DNA of 64,000 bases from Alphaproteobacteria bacterium PA2. GTDB taxonomy: Bacteria; Pseudomonadota; Alphaproteobacteria; Caulobacterales; Caulobacteraceae. Under the pieces are notes generated by a model that made no database searches, had not been told where the DNA came from, and was given only the letters and a program-made list of their open reading frames with translations. The DNA lies in contig NKIZ01000001.1 in NCBI GenBank assembly GCA_002256425.1, forward strand, positions 1,073,943-1,137,942, in the 5' to 3' direction. The translations under genes were made by a program, and so were the position numbers. Positions 19,821 through 29,347 of this stretch are shown here, piece after piece (within the stretch, counting starts at the first letter, position 1; each line of letters starts with the position of its first letter).

Positions 19821-20708
19821 ATGACTCTCGTTCCCTTCGATGATCGCGATGGTTGGATCTGGCTGGACGGCCAGTTTGTTGCCTGGCGCGAGGCGAAGGT
19901 GCACGTATTGACCCATGGCTTGCACTACGCCTCGGCGGTGTTCGAGGGCGAGCGCATGTACGGCGGAGAGATCTTCAAGCTGACGGCGCATACCGAGCGT
20001 CTGTTCAAGTCGGCGGAGATGTTGGATTTCGAAATCCCCTTTACCGTCGCCCAGATCGATCAGGCCTGCAAGGAGACCTGCGCCAAGAACGGCCTCAGCT
20101 ACGCCTATCTGCGTCCGATCGCCTGGCGCGGCACGGAAATGATCGGGGTCAGCGCCCAGAATACCAAGATCCACGTGGCCATCGCCGTGTGGGACTGGCC
20201 GGACTATTTCAAGCCCGAGGAAAAGGCCAAGGGCATCCGCATGTGCTGGGCCAAGTACAAGCGCCCGTCGCCCGAGACCGAACCGGTCCACGCCAAAGCC
20301 ACCGGCCTCTACATGATCTGCACCATCTCCAAGCACGCAGCGGAGAAGGACGGTTATACCGACGCCATGATGCTGGACTATCGGGGCTATGTGGCGGAAT
20401 CCACGGGCTCCAACGTCTTCTTCGTCAAGGACGGCGCCCTGCACACCCCGACGCCGGACTGCTTCCTGAACGGCATTACCCGTCAGTCGGTCATCGAACT
20501 GGCCCGCAGCCAGGGCGTGACCGTGACCGAGCGTCACATCATGCCCGAGGAACTGTCGACCTTCACGGAATGCTTCGTGGTGGGCACGGCGGCCGAGGTC
20601 ACCCCGGTCTCGCAGATCGGCGAGTACACCTTCACCCCGGGCGCCCTGTCCCTGGGTCTGATGAACGACTACGCCAAGATGGTCCGGCGCCAGCTGGTTC
20701 CGGCTTAA
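19821..20708 (+). CDS. ilvE: Branched-chain amino acid aminotransferase
   Basis: HGLHYASAVFEG, AKATGLY, ESTGSNVF, LNGITR, GTAAEVTP; AAGGAGG SD before ATG 19821. Confidence 0.95.
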   Translation: MTLVPFDDRDGWIWLDGQFVAWREAKVHVLTHGLHYASAVFEGERMYGGEIFKLTAHTERLFKSAEMLDFEIPFTVAQIDQACKETCAKNGLSYAYLRPIAWRGTEMIGVSAQNTKIHVAIAVWDWPDYFKPEEKAKGIRMCWAKYKRPSPETEPVHAKATGLYMICTISKHAAEKDGYTDAMMLDYRGYVAESTGSNVFFVKDGALHTPTPDCFLNGITRQSVIELARSQGVTVTERHIMPEELSTFTECFVVGTAAEVTPVSQIGEYTFTPGALSLGLMNDYAKMVRRQLVPA

Positions 20709-20734
20709 GTCGCCTTACATCGTCGAATGACATG

Positions 20735-20764
20735 GCGGGATGGGGCATGCCCCATCCCGTTTTT
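20735..20764 (+). terminator. Intrinsic terminator after ilvE
   Basis: GCGGGATGGGG-CATG-CCCCATCCCGT followed by TTTT. Confidence 0.85.
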
Positions 20765-20766
20765 CG

Positions 20767-21216
20767 TCAGAGGATATAGTTCTGCGGGGTCGGATAGGCC
20801 TCGTTCTGCAGGGCCTTGAGCAGGCCGACAATGCAGCGCAGGCCATACCAGATTGAGCTCAGGCCGAAGACCAGCTTGCCCAGGATCAGCACCGGAATGC
20901 CGATCAGTATGACGCTGAGGATTGCGCCCCAGAACAGCATGGCGCCCGCCGCCAGCATGATGGCCGCCCCGATCCAGAAGGTGCGGATCAGGAAAGTATA
21001 GTGCGACTGGGCCCGCGGTGACGCCGAGCTGCGGTTGGCGTAGGCGAGGATCAAGCCGATGATCGCGCTGACCCCGCCGGAGACGAACCCCCCGAGAAAC
21101 AGGGCGTAGGTCACGACCGTCATGGTCTTGTCCTCGACGGCAATCGTAGGGGCGCCTGCAGGGGTGACGCCCGAATGTTCGTCGGGGGCAGGGCTGCTGT
21201 TGGTCTGGTCGCTCAC
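20767..21216 (-). CDS. DUF4870-like small membrane protein
   Basis: IIGLILAY, SHYTFLIRTFW pattern; three TM segments. Confidence 0.75.
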   Translation of the reverse strand: MSDQTNSSPAPDEHSGVTPAGAPTIAVEDKTMTVVTYALFLGGFVSGGVSAIIGLILAYANRSSASPRAQSHYTFLIRTFWIGAAIMLAAGAMLFWGAILSVILIGIPVLILGKLVFGLSSIWYGLRCIVGLLKALQNEAYPTPQNYIL

Positions 21217-21432
21217 TGCGGCCTCCTGTGAAATAGTCCTACAGGATGTGGGGACTTTTTGCCGGATATCCAGCTTAATTCGGTGTCATGTTTGGGGGGC
21301 TGGGAAACGCACCTCACAGCAGATTACCTTGGTGACAAGGCGGGGGATGCGATTGATCTTTCAGATCTGCGGGCATCGAGCCAGGCCAGAGCCATCAAGG
21401 CGGAAATCGAAGGCGCAGGGGAGCACAACTGG

Positions 21433-22398
21433 ATGTTTTCAAGTTCCGGGACGAACAACGCGCATCCCGATCCCGCAAGGCGAACACTGGCCGCCGGGCT
21501 TCTGGGGCTTGGCCTGTCGCCTGCCCTCGCCGGAGCCGGTCCAAAGGTCGTTCAGGGGGAACGGACCTGGAGCGAGTCCGCCATGGTTCTCTATTTTGAC
21601 CCGGCAGTGGAAAACGGGTTCAGCCTGAGGATTTCCCGGTACCCGGAACGCAATGCGACTTGGGTCTGGTGTCATTTGCTTCTCGACGGAAGCCTGTACG
21701 CCTTCACAACCCGAATGGCGCCGTGTGAGTCCAGTCGCACCGATCCAGATCAGCCAACGGCATTCTATACTGCGCCAGGGTTGCGCGTGGGAATCTCCAG
21801 ACTGGGGACTTCGGCCCATCTCCAGGCCCTGTCCTTTCAGGCCGATGTCCGGGCGCATCAGAACTCAGGCGGTCGGGACGGCGATGGCCCCAATAGGGTG
21901 AAGCTTGAGGGGATCTTCCGGCCCGGTCCGCTGAAGACCGGATCACCAAAGGGCCGATTTGAACGGACCGGCCGTATCGAGGCCCGCCTACAGGCGGGCG
22001 GCCGCATTGCGGAATTGTCGGGTGTCGGCAAGGCTCACGAGCAGACCCAGACCGACCCGAGGTTCACCGCGCCTTTCACCTACGCCATGCTCTGGGGTCC
22101 TTCGGCGTCCCTGGTGGGCCTGATGTCCCCCGAAAGGCAGTACGGCGACTTCGAATTCGCGGGTCTCGATACGAAGATGTCCAGCTTTCAGATTGGTCAA
22201 TGGGCGCAGATCCGTAGGTTTGAAGCCTCTCTGGCTGATGGCCGCCGGATTGGGGGCGAGGCCGAAACCGTAAGACAATTCAAGGTGCCGATTTTCGGCC
22301 ACCAGTGGCTCGGGCGCATTGTGCGGGCCAAGGTCGAAGGGCAGTCCATGGTAGGAATGATCAACGACTGGCGGCCTGAAGATCAGGCTTTCAGGTGA
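21433..22398 (+). CDS. Hypothetical protein with possible Tat signal, beta-rich
   Basis: Long ORF; ARRTL followed by a hydrophobic stretch after the ATG at 21433. No family confidently recognised. Confidence 0.6.
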   Translation: MFSSSGTNNAHPDPARRTLAAGLLGLGLSPALAGAGPKVVQGERTWSESAMVLYFDPAVENGFSLRISRYPERNATWVWCHLLLDGSLYAFTTRMAPCESSRTDPDQPTAFYTAPGLRVGISRLGTSAHLQALSFQADVRAHQNSGGRDGDGPNRVKLEGIFRPGPLKTGSPKGRFERTGRIEARLQAGGRIAELSGVGKAHEQTQTDPRFTAPFTYAMLWGPSASLVGLMSPERQYGDFEFAGLDTKMSSFQIGQWAQIRRFEASLADGRRIGGEAETVRQFKVPIFGHQWLGRIVRAKVEGQSMVGMINDWRPEDQAFR

Positions 22399-22420
22399 TC
22401 CAAAGTGGAAGGCTCCAGCA

Positions 22421-23515
22421 ATGACTGACCGCCCATTCTCCAGATTCCGTAACCCCCGCCGCCGGGACCTGCTGAAGGCTGGCCTTGCCTCGCCAATCTG
22501 GGCGATGTCGGTCGCAGGGGATGCAACCGCCGACAGCCTTGGCGCCTTCCAGACCGAAGTCGTGGACCTGGACCTTGCCGACCGCATCCGCAGCAGGATC
22601 GTGAAGACACGCTGCTACATTCCTGTCGGCGCTGGCAGGCGCCCGGTCATAATTTTCAGCCACGGCTTTGGCGGTTCATCCGAAGCCTTTCCCAACACCT
22701 GTCGCGCCTGGGCCAGCCAGGGCCATGTAGTGCTGGTCCCGACCCACTCCGACTCCATCACCGCCCAGGATGCGGACTCGGGCCAGCGCCGTCGCATGAT
22801 CATCCAGAGCGTCATCGCGGCCCGACGCAGCGCCGCGGAAGGTCGGCAGCGGCAATTCAGAAGGTCGAATGCAGAGGCAGTCGACCGCGGAGCCTCCCTA
22901 ACAGACATGCTGGAGGACCCCAAATATCTGTCCAGCAGGCTGGAGGATGTCGCCTTTCTCAAGGCCGCGTTGACCGATCCCAGGCTTGGTCTGGACGCAA
23001 GAGTTCTGGCTGTGGCGGACCCGTTGAGGATGGGCATGGCAGGGCATTCCTATGGCGCCTACACCACCCTGGTCATTGGCGGCGCTGAGCTGTCGCCGCA
23101 GCCTCAGGCGCCTGTCCCGAAGGGGTTCCTCGGGCATCTGGCGATCAGCGGTCAGGGGCCGGGGAGGATGGCCCTGACAGAGTCCAGCTTCAGGTCCATG
23201 ACCGGTCCGCTCTTCGCCGCCACAGGTACAGAGGACTTCGGCGCCGCCGAGGAGACCCCGCCCTGGAGATTGACGGCCTTCCACAAGAGCCCGCCCGGCC
23301 ACAAGTACGCAGCGGTGCTCAAGGGCTTCCGGCACATGGACTTTGACCCATCGCCGACCGACCCGGAGCATGGCGCCCAGGGCGAAGCCTTCAGGGCGCT
23401 TCAGATGGCGTTCTGGAAGGCGACGCTGCGTGGTGACAACTCTGGCTTTGCACGGCTCAACCAGGTTGCACGAGGTTCCCGGGTCACCGACCCTGTCTGG
23501 TTCAGGTCACGCTAG
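22421..23515 (+). CDS. Tat-exported alpha/beta hydrolase (PAF-acetylhydrolase/dienelactone hydrolase-like)
   Basis: RRRDLLKAG Tat signal, IIFSHGFGG, GHSYGA nucleophile elbow, late His (HMDF). Confidence 0.85.
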   Translation: MTDRPFSRFRNPRRRDLLKAGLASPIWAMSVAGDATADSLGAFQTEVVDLDLADRIRSRIVKTRCYIPVGAGRRPVIIFSHGFGGSSEAFPNTCRAWASQGHVVLVPTHSDSITAQDADSGQRRRMIIQSVIAARRSAAEGRQRQFRRSNAEAVDRGASLTDMLEDPKYLSSRLEDVAFLKAALTDPRLGLDARVLAVADPLRMGMAGHSYGAYTTLVIGGAELSPQPQAPVPKGFLGHLAISGQGPGRMALTESSFRSMTGPLFAATGTEDFGAAEETPPWRLTAFHKSPPGHKYAAVLKGFRHMDFDPSPTDPEHGAQGEAFRALQMAFWKATLRGDNSGFARLNQVARGSRVTDPVWFRSR

Positions 23516-23616
23516 GGCTGACGGCGGCCAGCCCTGCACAACCGTGATCTCTACTTCCGGAAACTGGAGGCAGGGCATCACTTGCACAGCCAGCGCGCAG
23601 CCCGTATCCGCACGCC

Positions 23617-24234
23617 ATGACTACGGACCCGGCCAAGCCGCGATCACCCCGCGCCCGGCGCGCTCCGCCCCCTGAACTGGACGGGCGCATGGCGCGGAGC
23701 CGTGTAACCCGCGGGAAGATAGTCGCCGCCCTGCTGGACCTCATTCGCGCGGGGAATCTCAGTCCGACGTCCGAAGATGTGGCTCAGTATGCCAAGGTCG
23801 GACATCGAACGGTTTTCCGCCACTTCCAGGATATGGAATCCCTGTTCGATGAAATGAACACCAAGGTCGGAACCCTGGTGCAGCCCTTGCTGACGCAATC
23901 CTCCTGGGAAGGGCCTCTGGCGCAGAGGATCGACCAGCTTGTTGCGGCCAGGGCGGCCATATTCGAGCAGATCACGCCCTATTTCCTATCCGGGGAAACC
24001 CGGCTCCATACTTCGCCGACCCTACAGCGCGCCAGGGCGCAGTTCGCGAAACAACAGCGCCGCCAGCTTCTCGCCTGTCTCCCAGAGGCCGGAGAACGGC
24101 CGGATGCCGCCGCAGCCATTGACCTGCTGACGTCCATGGAAGGTTGGCTGCGACTTCGTCGCGCGCAGGGCCTCAGCGCCGCCCAGGCCAAGCAGATCAT
24201 CGTCGCCGCCATGAGCCGCCTCCTCGCCAGTTGA
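23617..24234 (+). CDS. TetR/AcrR family transcriptional regulator
   Basis: N-terminal HTH: PTSEDVAQYAKVGHRTVFRHFQDMESL. Confidence 0.9.
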   Translation: MTTDPAKPRSPRARRAPPPELDGRMARSRVTRGKIVAALLDLIRAGNLSPTSEDVAQYAKVGHRTVFRHFQDMESLFDEMNTKVGTLVQPLLTQSSWEGPLAQRIDQLVAARAAIFEQITPYFLSGETRLHTSPTLQRARAQFAKQQRRQLLACLPEAGERPDAAAAIDLLTSMEGWLRLRRAQGLSAAQAKQIIVAAMSRLLAS

Positions 24235-24271
24235 GCGTGATTTGAGGGGCGGCTCCCCTTGTCAAACCTCA

Positions 24272-24314
24272 CCACAGCATATATTGACATAGATAGTGTC
24301 AATATATGCTGTGG
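24272..24314. promoter_or_regulatory. Perfect 18-bp inverted repeat, probable operator upstream of the dehalogenase operon
   Basis: CCACAGCATATATTGACA-TAGATAG-TGTCAATATATGCTGTGG; contains TTGACA on both strands. Confidence 0.65.
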
Positions 24315-24417
24315 GCGCGGGAGGCCGGGCAATGGTGGGTTTCGGGGTTTGGGCCGTCACACCCGCCGCAGCATTGGCGCCGAAGTTTCAACCTCATTTT
24401 CAGACCAGAGCAGCTTC

Positions 24418-25317
24418 ATGAAAATCATCCGCACCCCCGATGAGCAGTTTGAAAACCTGCCTGATTTTCCCTGGGCGCCCCACTACCTGACCGTTCAGGA
24501 TGAAGACGGAACGGACATCCGCATCCATTGCATTGATGAGGGTCCGCGCGACGCGCCGCCGATCCTCTTGATGCATGGCAATCCGACCTGGGCCTATCTC
24601 TATAGGCACATGATCCCCGGGCTGCTGGCGACGGGTCGCCGGGTCATCGCCGTCGACCTGGTCGGCTGTGGGCGGTCGGACAAGCCTGCGGCCAAGAGCG
24701 ACTACACCCTGGCGCGGCACTATGACTGGATGGGCAAATGGCTCACCCAGATGGATCTGACGGACATCACCCTGTTCTGCCAGGACTGGGGTGGCAATAT
24801 CGGCCTCTATCTCGTGGCGCAGCACCCGGAGCGCTTCGCCCGCGTGATCGCCTCCAACACCGGCTTGCCGCTGGGCGAGGGCGAAAGTGAATTCATGAAG
24901 ATGTGGGTCGGCATGATGCGCGAAGCCACGGCCTTTCCCTGGCAGATGCTGGAAGCCGGCATGCAGCGCAAGCTCAGCGAAGGCGAACTGGCCGCCTATC
25001 ACGCGCCTTTCCCGTCATCGGACCATGAAGCCGGGATCATCCAGTTCCCGGTCCTCATCGCCGTCCAGACCGACAATCCCGGCGCCCCGTTGAACCGCGC
25101 GGCCTGGGCGAAACTGGCGTCCTTTGACCGCCCTTTCCTGACGATTTTCGGAGACCTCGATCCGGTCGCCAGGGGGTGGGACAAGCGGGCCCAGGCGTAT
25201 ATTCCGGGCGCGGCCGGTCAGAAGCACCACAACATCCCCACGGCGAACCACTTCATCCAGGAAGACGCACCGGAGGAACTGCTCGCCCACATCATCCCCT
25301 TTCTTGACGTGAATTGA
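24418..25317 (+). CDS. Haloalkane dehalogenase
   Basis: RTPDEQFENLPDFP, LMHGNPTWAYLYR, D..G.GRSDKP, QDWGG catalytic Asp motif, NHFIQED. Confidence 0.9.
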   Translation: MKIIRTPDEQFENLPDFPWAPHYLTVQDEDGTDIRIHCIDEGPRDAPPILLMHGNPTWAYLYRHMIPGLLATGRRVIAVDLVGCGRSDKPAAKSDYTLARHYDWMGKWLTQMDLTDITLFCQDWGGNIGLYLVAQHPERFARVIASNTGLPLGEGESEFMKMWVGMMREATAFPWQMLEAGMQRKLSEGELAAYHAPFPSSDHEAGIIQFPVLIAVQTDNPGAPLNRAAWAKLASFDRPFLTIFGDLDPVARGWDKRAQAYIPGAAGQKHHNIPTANHFIQEDAPEELLAHIIPFLDVN

Positions 25318-25330
25318 GGAGGCCGGTCCC

Positions 25331-25783
25331 ATGGCCCTGCTGCCCCCCAGCACCAACGCCGACTATCGCGGCTCGCGCTTTTCCGCCTGGTTCCTCTGCC
25401 TCTCAGCAGTGCTGACCATCGTCCCGGGAATGATCCACTATTTCCTGCCCGACGGCGGCGCCGGGGTCATCGCCCACATGGATCTGACGACCCGTGCAGA
25501 TGTCATAATCTCCCTGTTCGCCTGGAATGGCGCGCTACAGATCCCATACGGGATCCTCACCCTGGTCATCGCCTTGAGATACCAATCGCTAGTGCCCCTG
25601 GTCCTGCTCGCATTGATCCTCATGCAGTCCCTGGCCACCTTTTCCGCCTGGTTCTGGAAAGGCTCCCATGGCGGTCATCATCCGCCAGGGCACTATGGCC
25701 ACGCCGTGTTTCTTGTGTTGAGCGTCATCTTCCTCATTCTTTCGCTGCGCCCGCAGCGCGCCCAATCGGAGTTGAGCGCATGA
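25331..25783 (+). CDS. Hypothetical four-TM membrane protein with conserved-looking His residues
   Basis: Four hydrophobic segments; SD GAGGAGG; ATGA overlap with the next gene. Confidence 0.7.
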   Translation: MALLPPSTNADYRGSRFSAWFLCLSAVLTIVPGMIHYFLPDGGAGVIAHMDLTTRADVIISLFAWNGALQIPYGILTLVIALRYQSLVPLVLLALILMQSLATFSAWFWKGSHGGHHPPGHYGHAVFLVLSVIFLILSLRPQRAQSELSA

Positions 25784-26859
25784 TCACCCAGGTTCAGGTC
25801 CGTCGGGCCTCGTTTGCCGAAACCCGGGTCGTCTCCCTCGACACGCCGGATCTGGCGGAGGGTGAGATCCTTGTGGCCATCGACAAGTTCGCCATGACCG
25901 CGAACAATGTCAGCTACGCCCTTTCCGGCGATATGATCGGCTACTGGAAGTTCTTCCCGGCCGAAGAGCCCTGGGGGATTGTCCCTGTTTGGGGCTTTGC
26001 TGATGTCGTGGCTTCGCAGGCGCCGGGCATAGCCGTCGGTGAGCGCATCTGGGGATTTCTGCCCATGGCCAGCCATCTGGTCATGCGCCCGTCTGCAGTG
26101 ACTGACCGATCCTTTTCGGACGGCGCCGCCCACCGTGCTGAACTGCCGGCGCTCTACAACAACTATCAGCGCACCAGCGGCGATCCGGCGGAGCTGACCG
26201 CCCTGGAAGACGAGCGGTGTGTGCTCTTCCCGCTCTTTTCAACCTCTTATGTCCTCTACGACTATCTGGTGGACAATGCCTTCTTCGGCGCAGGGCAGGT
26301 GCTGGTCGGCAGCGCCTCGTCCAAGACCGGCCTTGGCCTGACCAACCTGCTTGCACGGCACGGCGAAGGACGCCCCCGGGTGGTCGGCCTGACCTCGCCC
26401 GGGAATGTCGGCTTCGTAAAAGGCCTCGGGACCTGTGATGAGGTGGTGACCTATGACGCCATCGGCGCCATGGACCCGACCATCCCGACCGCCTTTGTCG
26501 ACATGTCCGGTGCGGGCGAGGTCGTCAGCGCCATTCACGGGCAATTTGGCGCCCAGCTCAAACTCAGCTGCGCCGTCGGCGCGACCCATTGGGGCGCCGG
26601 CCGGTATCGCCCGGACCAGCCCGCCATACCACACGCCTTCTTCTTCGCCCCGGCCCAGTTCGCCAAGCGTGATCTGGATTGGGGACCCGGCGAAATCATG
26701 CGTCGCGCCCAGGCGGAGTCTGCCCGTATTTCGGCCGAAATGAAGGGCAGTCTGGAGACGCGTCACGAGCTCGGCCCGGACGCCGTGACAAGCGCCTGGC
26801 GTGGCCTCGTTGAGAACGCCATCGCGCCGAGCGTGGCGATCATGGCTTCACTGCGTTGA
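25780..26859 (+). CDS. DUF2855 family protein (MDR-like fold)
   Basis: FAMTANNVSYA, YWKFFP, VPVWGFA, SASSKT, FFFAP. Confidence 0.85.
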   Translation: MITQVQVRRASFAETRVVSLDTPDLAEGEILVAIDKFAMTANNVSYALSGDMIGYWKFFPAEEPWGIVPVWGFADVVASQAPGIAVGERIWGFLPMASHLVMRPSAVTDRSFSDGAAHRAELPALYNNYQRTSGDPAELTALEDERCVLFPLFSTSYVLYDYLVDNAFFGAGQVLVGSASSKTGLGLTNLLARHGEGRPRVVGLTSPGNVGFVKGLGTCDEVVTYDAIGAMDPTIPTAFVDMSGAGEVVSAIHGQFGAQLKLSCAVGATHWGAGRYRPDQPAIPHAFFFAPAQFAKRDLDWGPGEIMRRAQAESARISAEMKGSLETRHELGPDAVTSAWRGLVENAIAPSVAIMASLR

Positions 26860-26898
26860 TTGACAGACTCTCCGGTCGGCGCGGTCCGGACAGAGCGC

Positions 26899-27321
26899 CT
26901 AGCCGCGCACGACCGTAATCTCCACCCCTGCCGACTGGGCGTGTGGGGCCAGGGCCATGGGCTTTTCCACCCGCACCCTAGCGCGCAGGACCTTGGGGTC
27001 TGACAGGCAGGCGCGGGCCAGGCGTTCGGCGAAGGTTTCAACCAGGCCGATATGGCCCTCGGCCAGAATGGCCTGGGCGGCCTGGCCGACCATTTCATAG
27101 TTCACCGTGTCGGCCAGCCGGTTGAAGGCGGCGGTGGCCACATCCAGCTCGGCGTCGATGATCAGGGGCTGGGCCCGGCCCTTTTCGTGGGCGTAGACGC
27201 CGATATGGGCGTCAACCTTCAGGCCTGTGACGAAGATCTTGGTCATGACCATACGGCCGGGATCGGCGGTCACGGCCTCTGGCTCGTCGGGGCTTGCGGC
27301 GGTGTCCGGGGTCTGGGCCAT
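26899..27321 (-). CDS. folB: Dihydroneopterin aldolase
   Basis: IGVYAHE...QPLIID, TVNYE, LVETFAE, VEKP. Exact start uncertain. Confidence 0.9.
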   Translation of the reverse strand: MAQTPDTAASPDEPEAVTADPGRMVMTKIFVTGLKVDAHIGVYAHEKGRAQPLIIDAELDVATAAFNRLADTVNYEMVGQAAQAILAEGHIGLVETFAERLARACLSDPKVLRARVRVEKPMALAPHAQSAGVEITVVRG

Positions 27322-27328
27322 GGGATCC

Positions 27329-28057
27329 TCAAGCCAGATGCTGACCGGCGTCGACGATGATCATCTGTCCGGTGACCGAAGGCGCGTCAATGAGATAGGC
27401 CATGGCCTGGGCGATCTCTTCAGGCGCCGCTGCTCTTTTGAGCGGCGTGGAGGCTGCTTCGTCGGCAAAGTCCTCTTCCGACTGGTGGATGGACCGCAGG
27501 ACAGGTCCGGGGCCGACGGCATTGACCCGGATGCGCGGCGCCAGGTCCCTGGCCAGCATGCGGGTGGCGTCCCACAGGGCGCTCTTGGACAGGGCGTAGC
27601 TGAAGAAGGCCGGGCTGGGGTTCATCACCCTCTGGTCCAGCAGGTTGAGGATCATGCCGTTCCGGTCGGCTGGCAGGCGCCGGGCGAAGGCCTGGGCCAG
27701 GACCAGGGGCGCGCGCAGATTGGTCTCCATGTGGAGGTCCCAGGAGGCGCGGTTCATTTCGGAAAAGGTCTCGTCCTCGAAGACCGAGGCGGAATTGACC
27801 AGCAGGGTCACAGGGCCCAGCTCGGCTTCGGCCAGACCGACCAGGGGTGCGGTCTCGGCCTCGTGACGCAGGTCGGCGGTGAGGATCACGGCCTTGCGGC
27901 TCAAGGCCCGCACTTCAGCGGCTGCGGCGTGGGCGTCGTCATCGGCGCTGCGGCAGTGGATGGCCACGTCAAAGCCCAGGCCGGCACAGGCGCGGACAAG
28001 GGCCCGACCTATGCGGCGCGATCCGCCGGTGACCAGGGCCGCGCCGCGGCTGCTCAT
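27329..28057 (-). CDS. SDR oxidoreductase, pteridine reductase/FolM-like
   Basis: TGGSRRIG, LVNSAS, YALSK, IRVNAVGPG; adjacent to folB. Confidence 0.85.
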   Translation of the reverse strand: MSSRGAALVTGGSRRIGRALVRACAGLGFDVAIHCRSADDDAHAAAAEVRALSRKAVILTADLRHEAETAPLVGLAEAELGPVTLLVNSASVFEDETFSEMNRASWDLHMETNLRAPLVLAQAFARRLPADRNGMILNLLDQRVMNPSPAFFSYALSKSALWDATRMLARDLAPRIRVNAVGPGPVLRSIHQSEEDFADEAASTPLKRAAAPEEIAQAMAYLIDAPSVTGQMIIVDAGQHLA

Positions 28058-28066
28058 GGTTTGGAC

Positions 28067-28147
28067 CTAGTCGAGACGACCAAAGTCCTTCCAGTTCAGG
28101 GCCAGCATGATGATGAAGAACGGGATGATGATACCAAGCGGGCTCAT
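28067..28147 (-). CDS. 26-aa hydrophobic microprotein (not in ORF track)
   Basis: MSPLGIIIPFFIIMLALNWKDFGRLD; GAGG 5 nt before ATG; host-like codons (ATC, TTC, CTG); ends 9 nt before the SDR start. Confidence 0.6.
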   Translation of the reverse strand: MSPLGIIIPFFIIMLALNWKDFGRLD

Positions 28148-28275
28148 GGACGCCTCATAGGGATAGTGTTCGTCTCCGGCTTTAGCGGGGTCGGCTGCGT
28201 CGGGCAAGGAGTCACCGCCGCTTGCACGCCCCCGGCGGCGAAGGCAGTGTCGGGAAAAGACCAGAGGAAACGACC

Positions 28276-29208
28276 ATGCCGCTTGCCCCCATCCCAGCCG
28301 AGGCCTTTACGAAGATCGCCGTTGGCATAGACCGTCCAGAGGATGTGGTGGTCTCGAAGACCGGGCGTGTCTTCGCCAGCGACCATCAGTGCGCCGTGGC
28401 CGAGATCTTTCCTGACGGGTCCTTCAAGCGGATGGGGCCAAGGGGCGGCGCGCCAAATGGCATCAACATGGATCCCCAGGGCCGCATCCTTATCGCAAAT
28501 TTCGGCATTTATGACCGGGAGGAGGGGCCCCTGCAGAGGTTCGACCCCGCCACTGGCGCCCACGAGACCCTGGTCGCCGAGGTGGATGGCAAGCGTCTGA
28601 CCAGCGCCAACTATCCAGTCATGGACCGGGACGGGAACATCTGGTGCGCCAATTCCACCCATGCCGAAACCTGGCCCCAGGCCCTGGACGGCCGGACCGA
28701 TGGCTTCATCTTCGTCCTGCGGCCTGACGGCTCGACCAGCATTGTCGCCGAGGGCCTGAAGTTTCCCAATGGCATGGCGCTCAGCGCCGACCACAAAACG
28801 CTCTATTGCGCCCAGACCTCGGGCGCCGATGTCATGGCCTTTGACATAATGCCCGGCGGCAAGCTCGGCCCTGGCCGGCGCTATGGCCCCCAGCTGGGCG
28901 CACTTCAGGAAGCTGGTGCAGCCGCGGCCGATCCTCACACCCTGGGCTATACTGACGGCGTGGGCATGGACGCCGAAGGCAATCTCTGGGTCTGCCTGCC
29001 CGCCGCCGACAAGGTGGTGGCGATCACGCCGAGCCTTGAAGTGGTGACCGTGATCCACGACCTGAAGGGCGACACCGTCAATCACCCGACCAATGTCACC
29101 TGGGGCGGGCCGGACCTGAAGGACCTCTACATCGGCTCGATCCGGGCGGGATATGTGCTGAAGGCCCGCAGCCCGGTTGCAGGACTGCCTTTGGTCCACC
29201 AGCTATAG
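28276..29208 (+). CDS. SMP-30/gluconolactonase family beta-propeller
   Basis: PEDVV, APNGI, FPNGMALS, DGVGMDAEGNLWV, PTNVTWGG. Confidence 0.88.
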   Translation: MPLAPIPAEAFTKIAVGIDRPEDVVVSKTGRVFASDHQCAVAEIFPDGSFKRMGPRGGAPNGINMDPQGRILIANFGIYDREEGPLQRFDPATGAHETLVAEVDGKRLTSANYPVMDRDGNIWCANSTHAETWPQALDGRTDGFIFVLRPDGSTSIVAEGLKFPNGMALSADHKTLYCAQTSGADVMAFDIMPGGKLGPGRRYGPQLGALQEAGAAAADPHTLGYTDGVGMDAEGNLWVCLPAADKVVAITPSLEVVTVIHDLKGDTVNHPTNVTWGGPDLKDLYIGSIRAGYVLKARSPVAGLPLVHQL

Positions 29209-29347
29209 GAGCGGAATTCGCGCCTCTGTGGCGTGAATCCGGAAAAACGGCTTTCACAGTTATCAGCGATCACTAAAATGGTTCGCTGAAGCCCGGCGGG
29301 GCGCGTCCCGTCGGTGCGGCTTACCAACATCGATCCGGGAGGACGCC

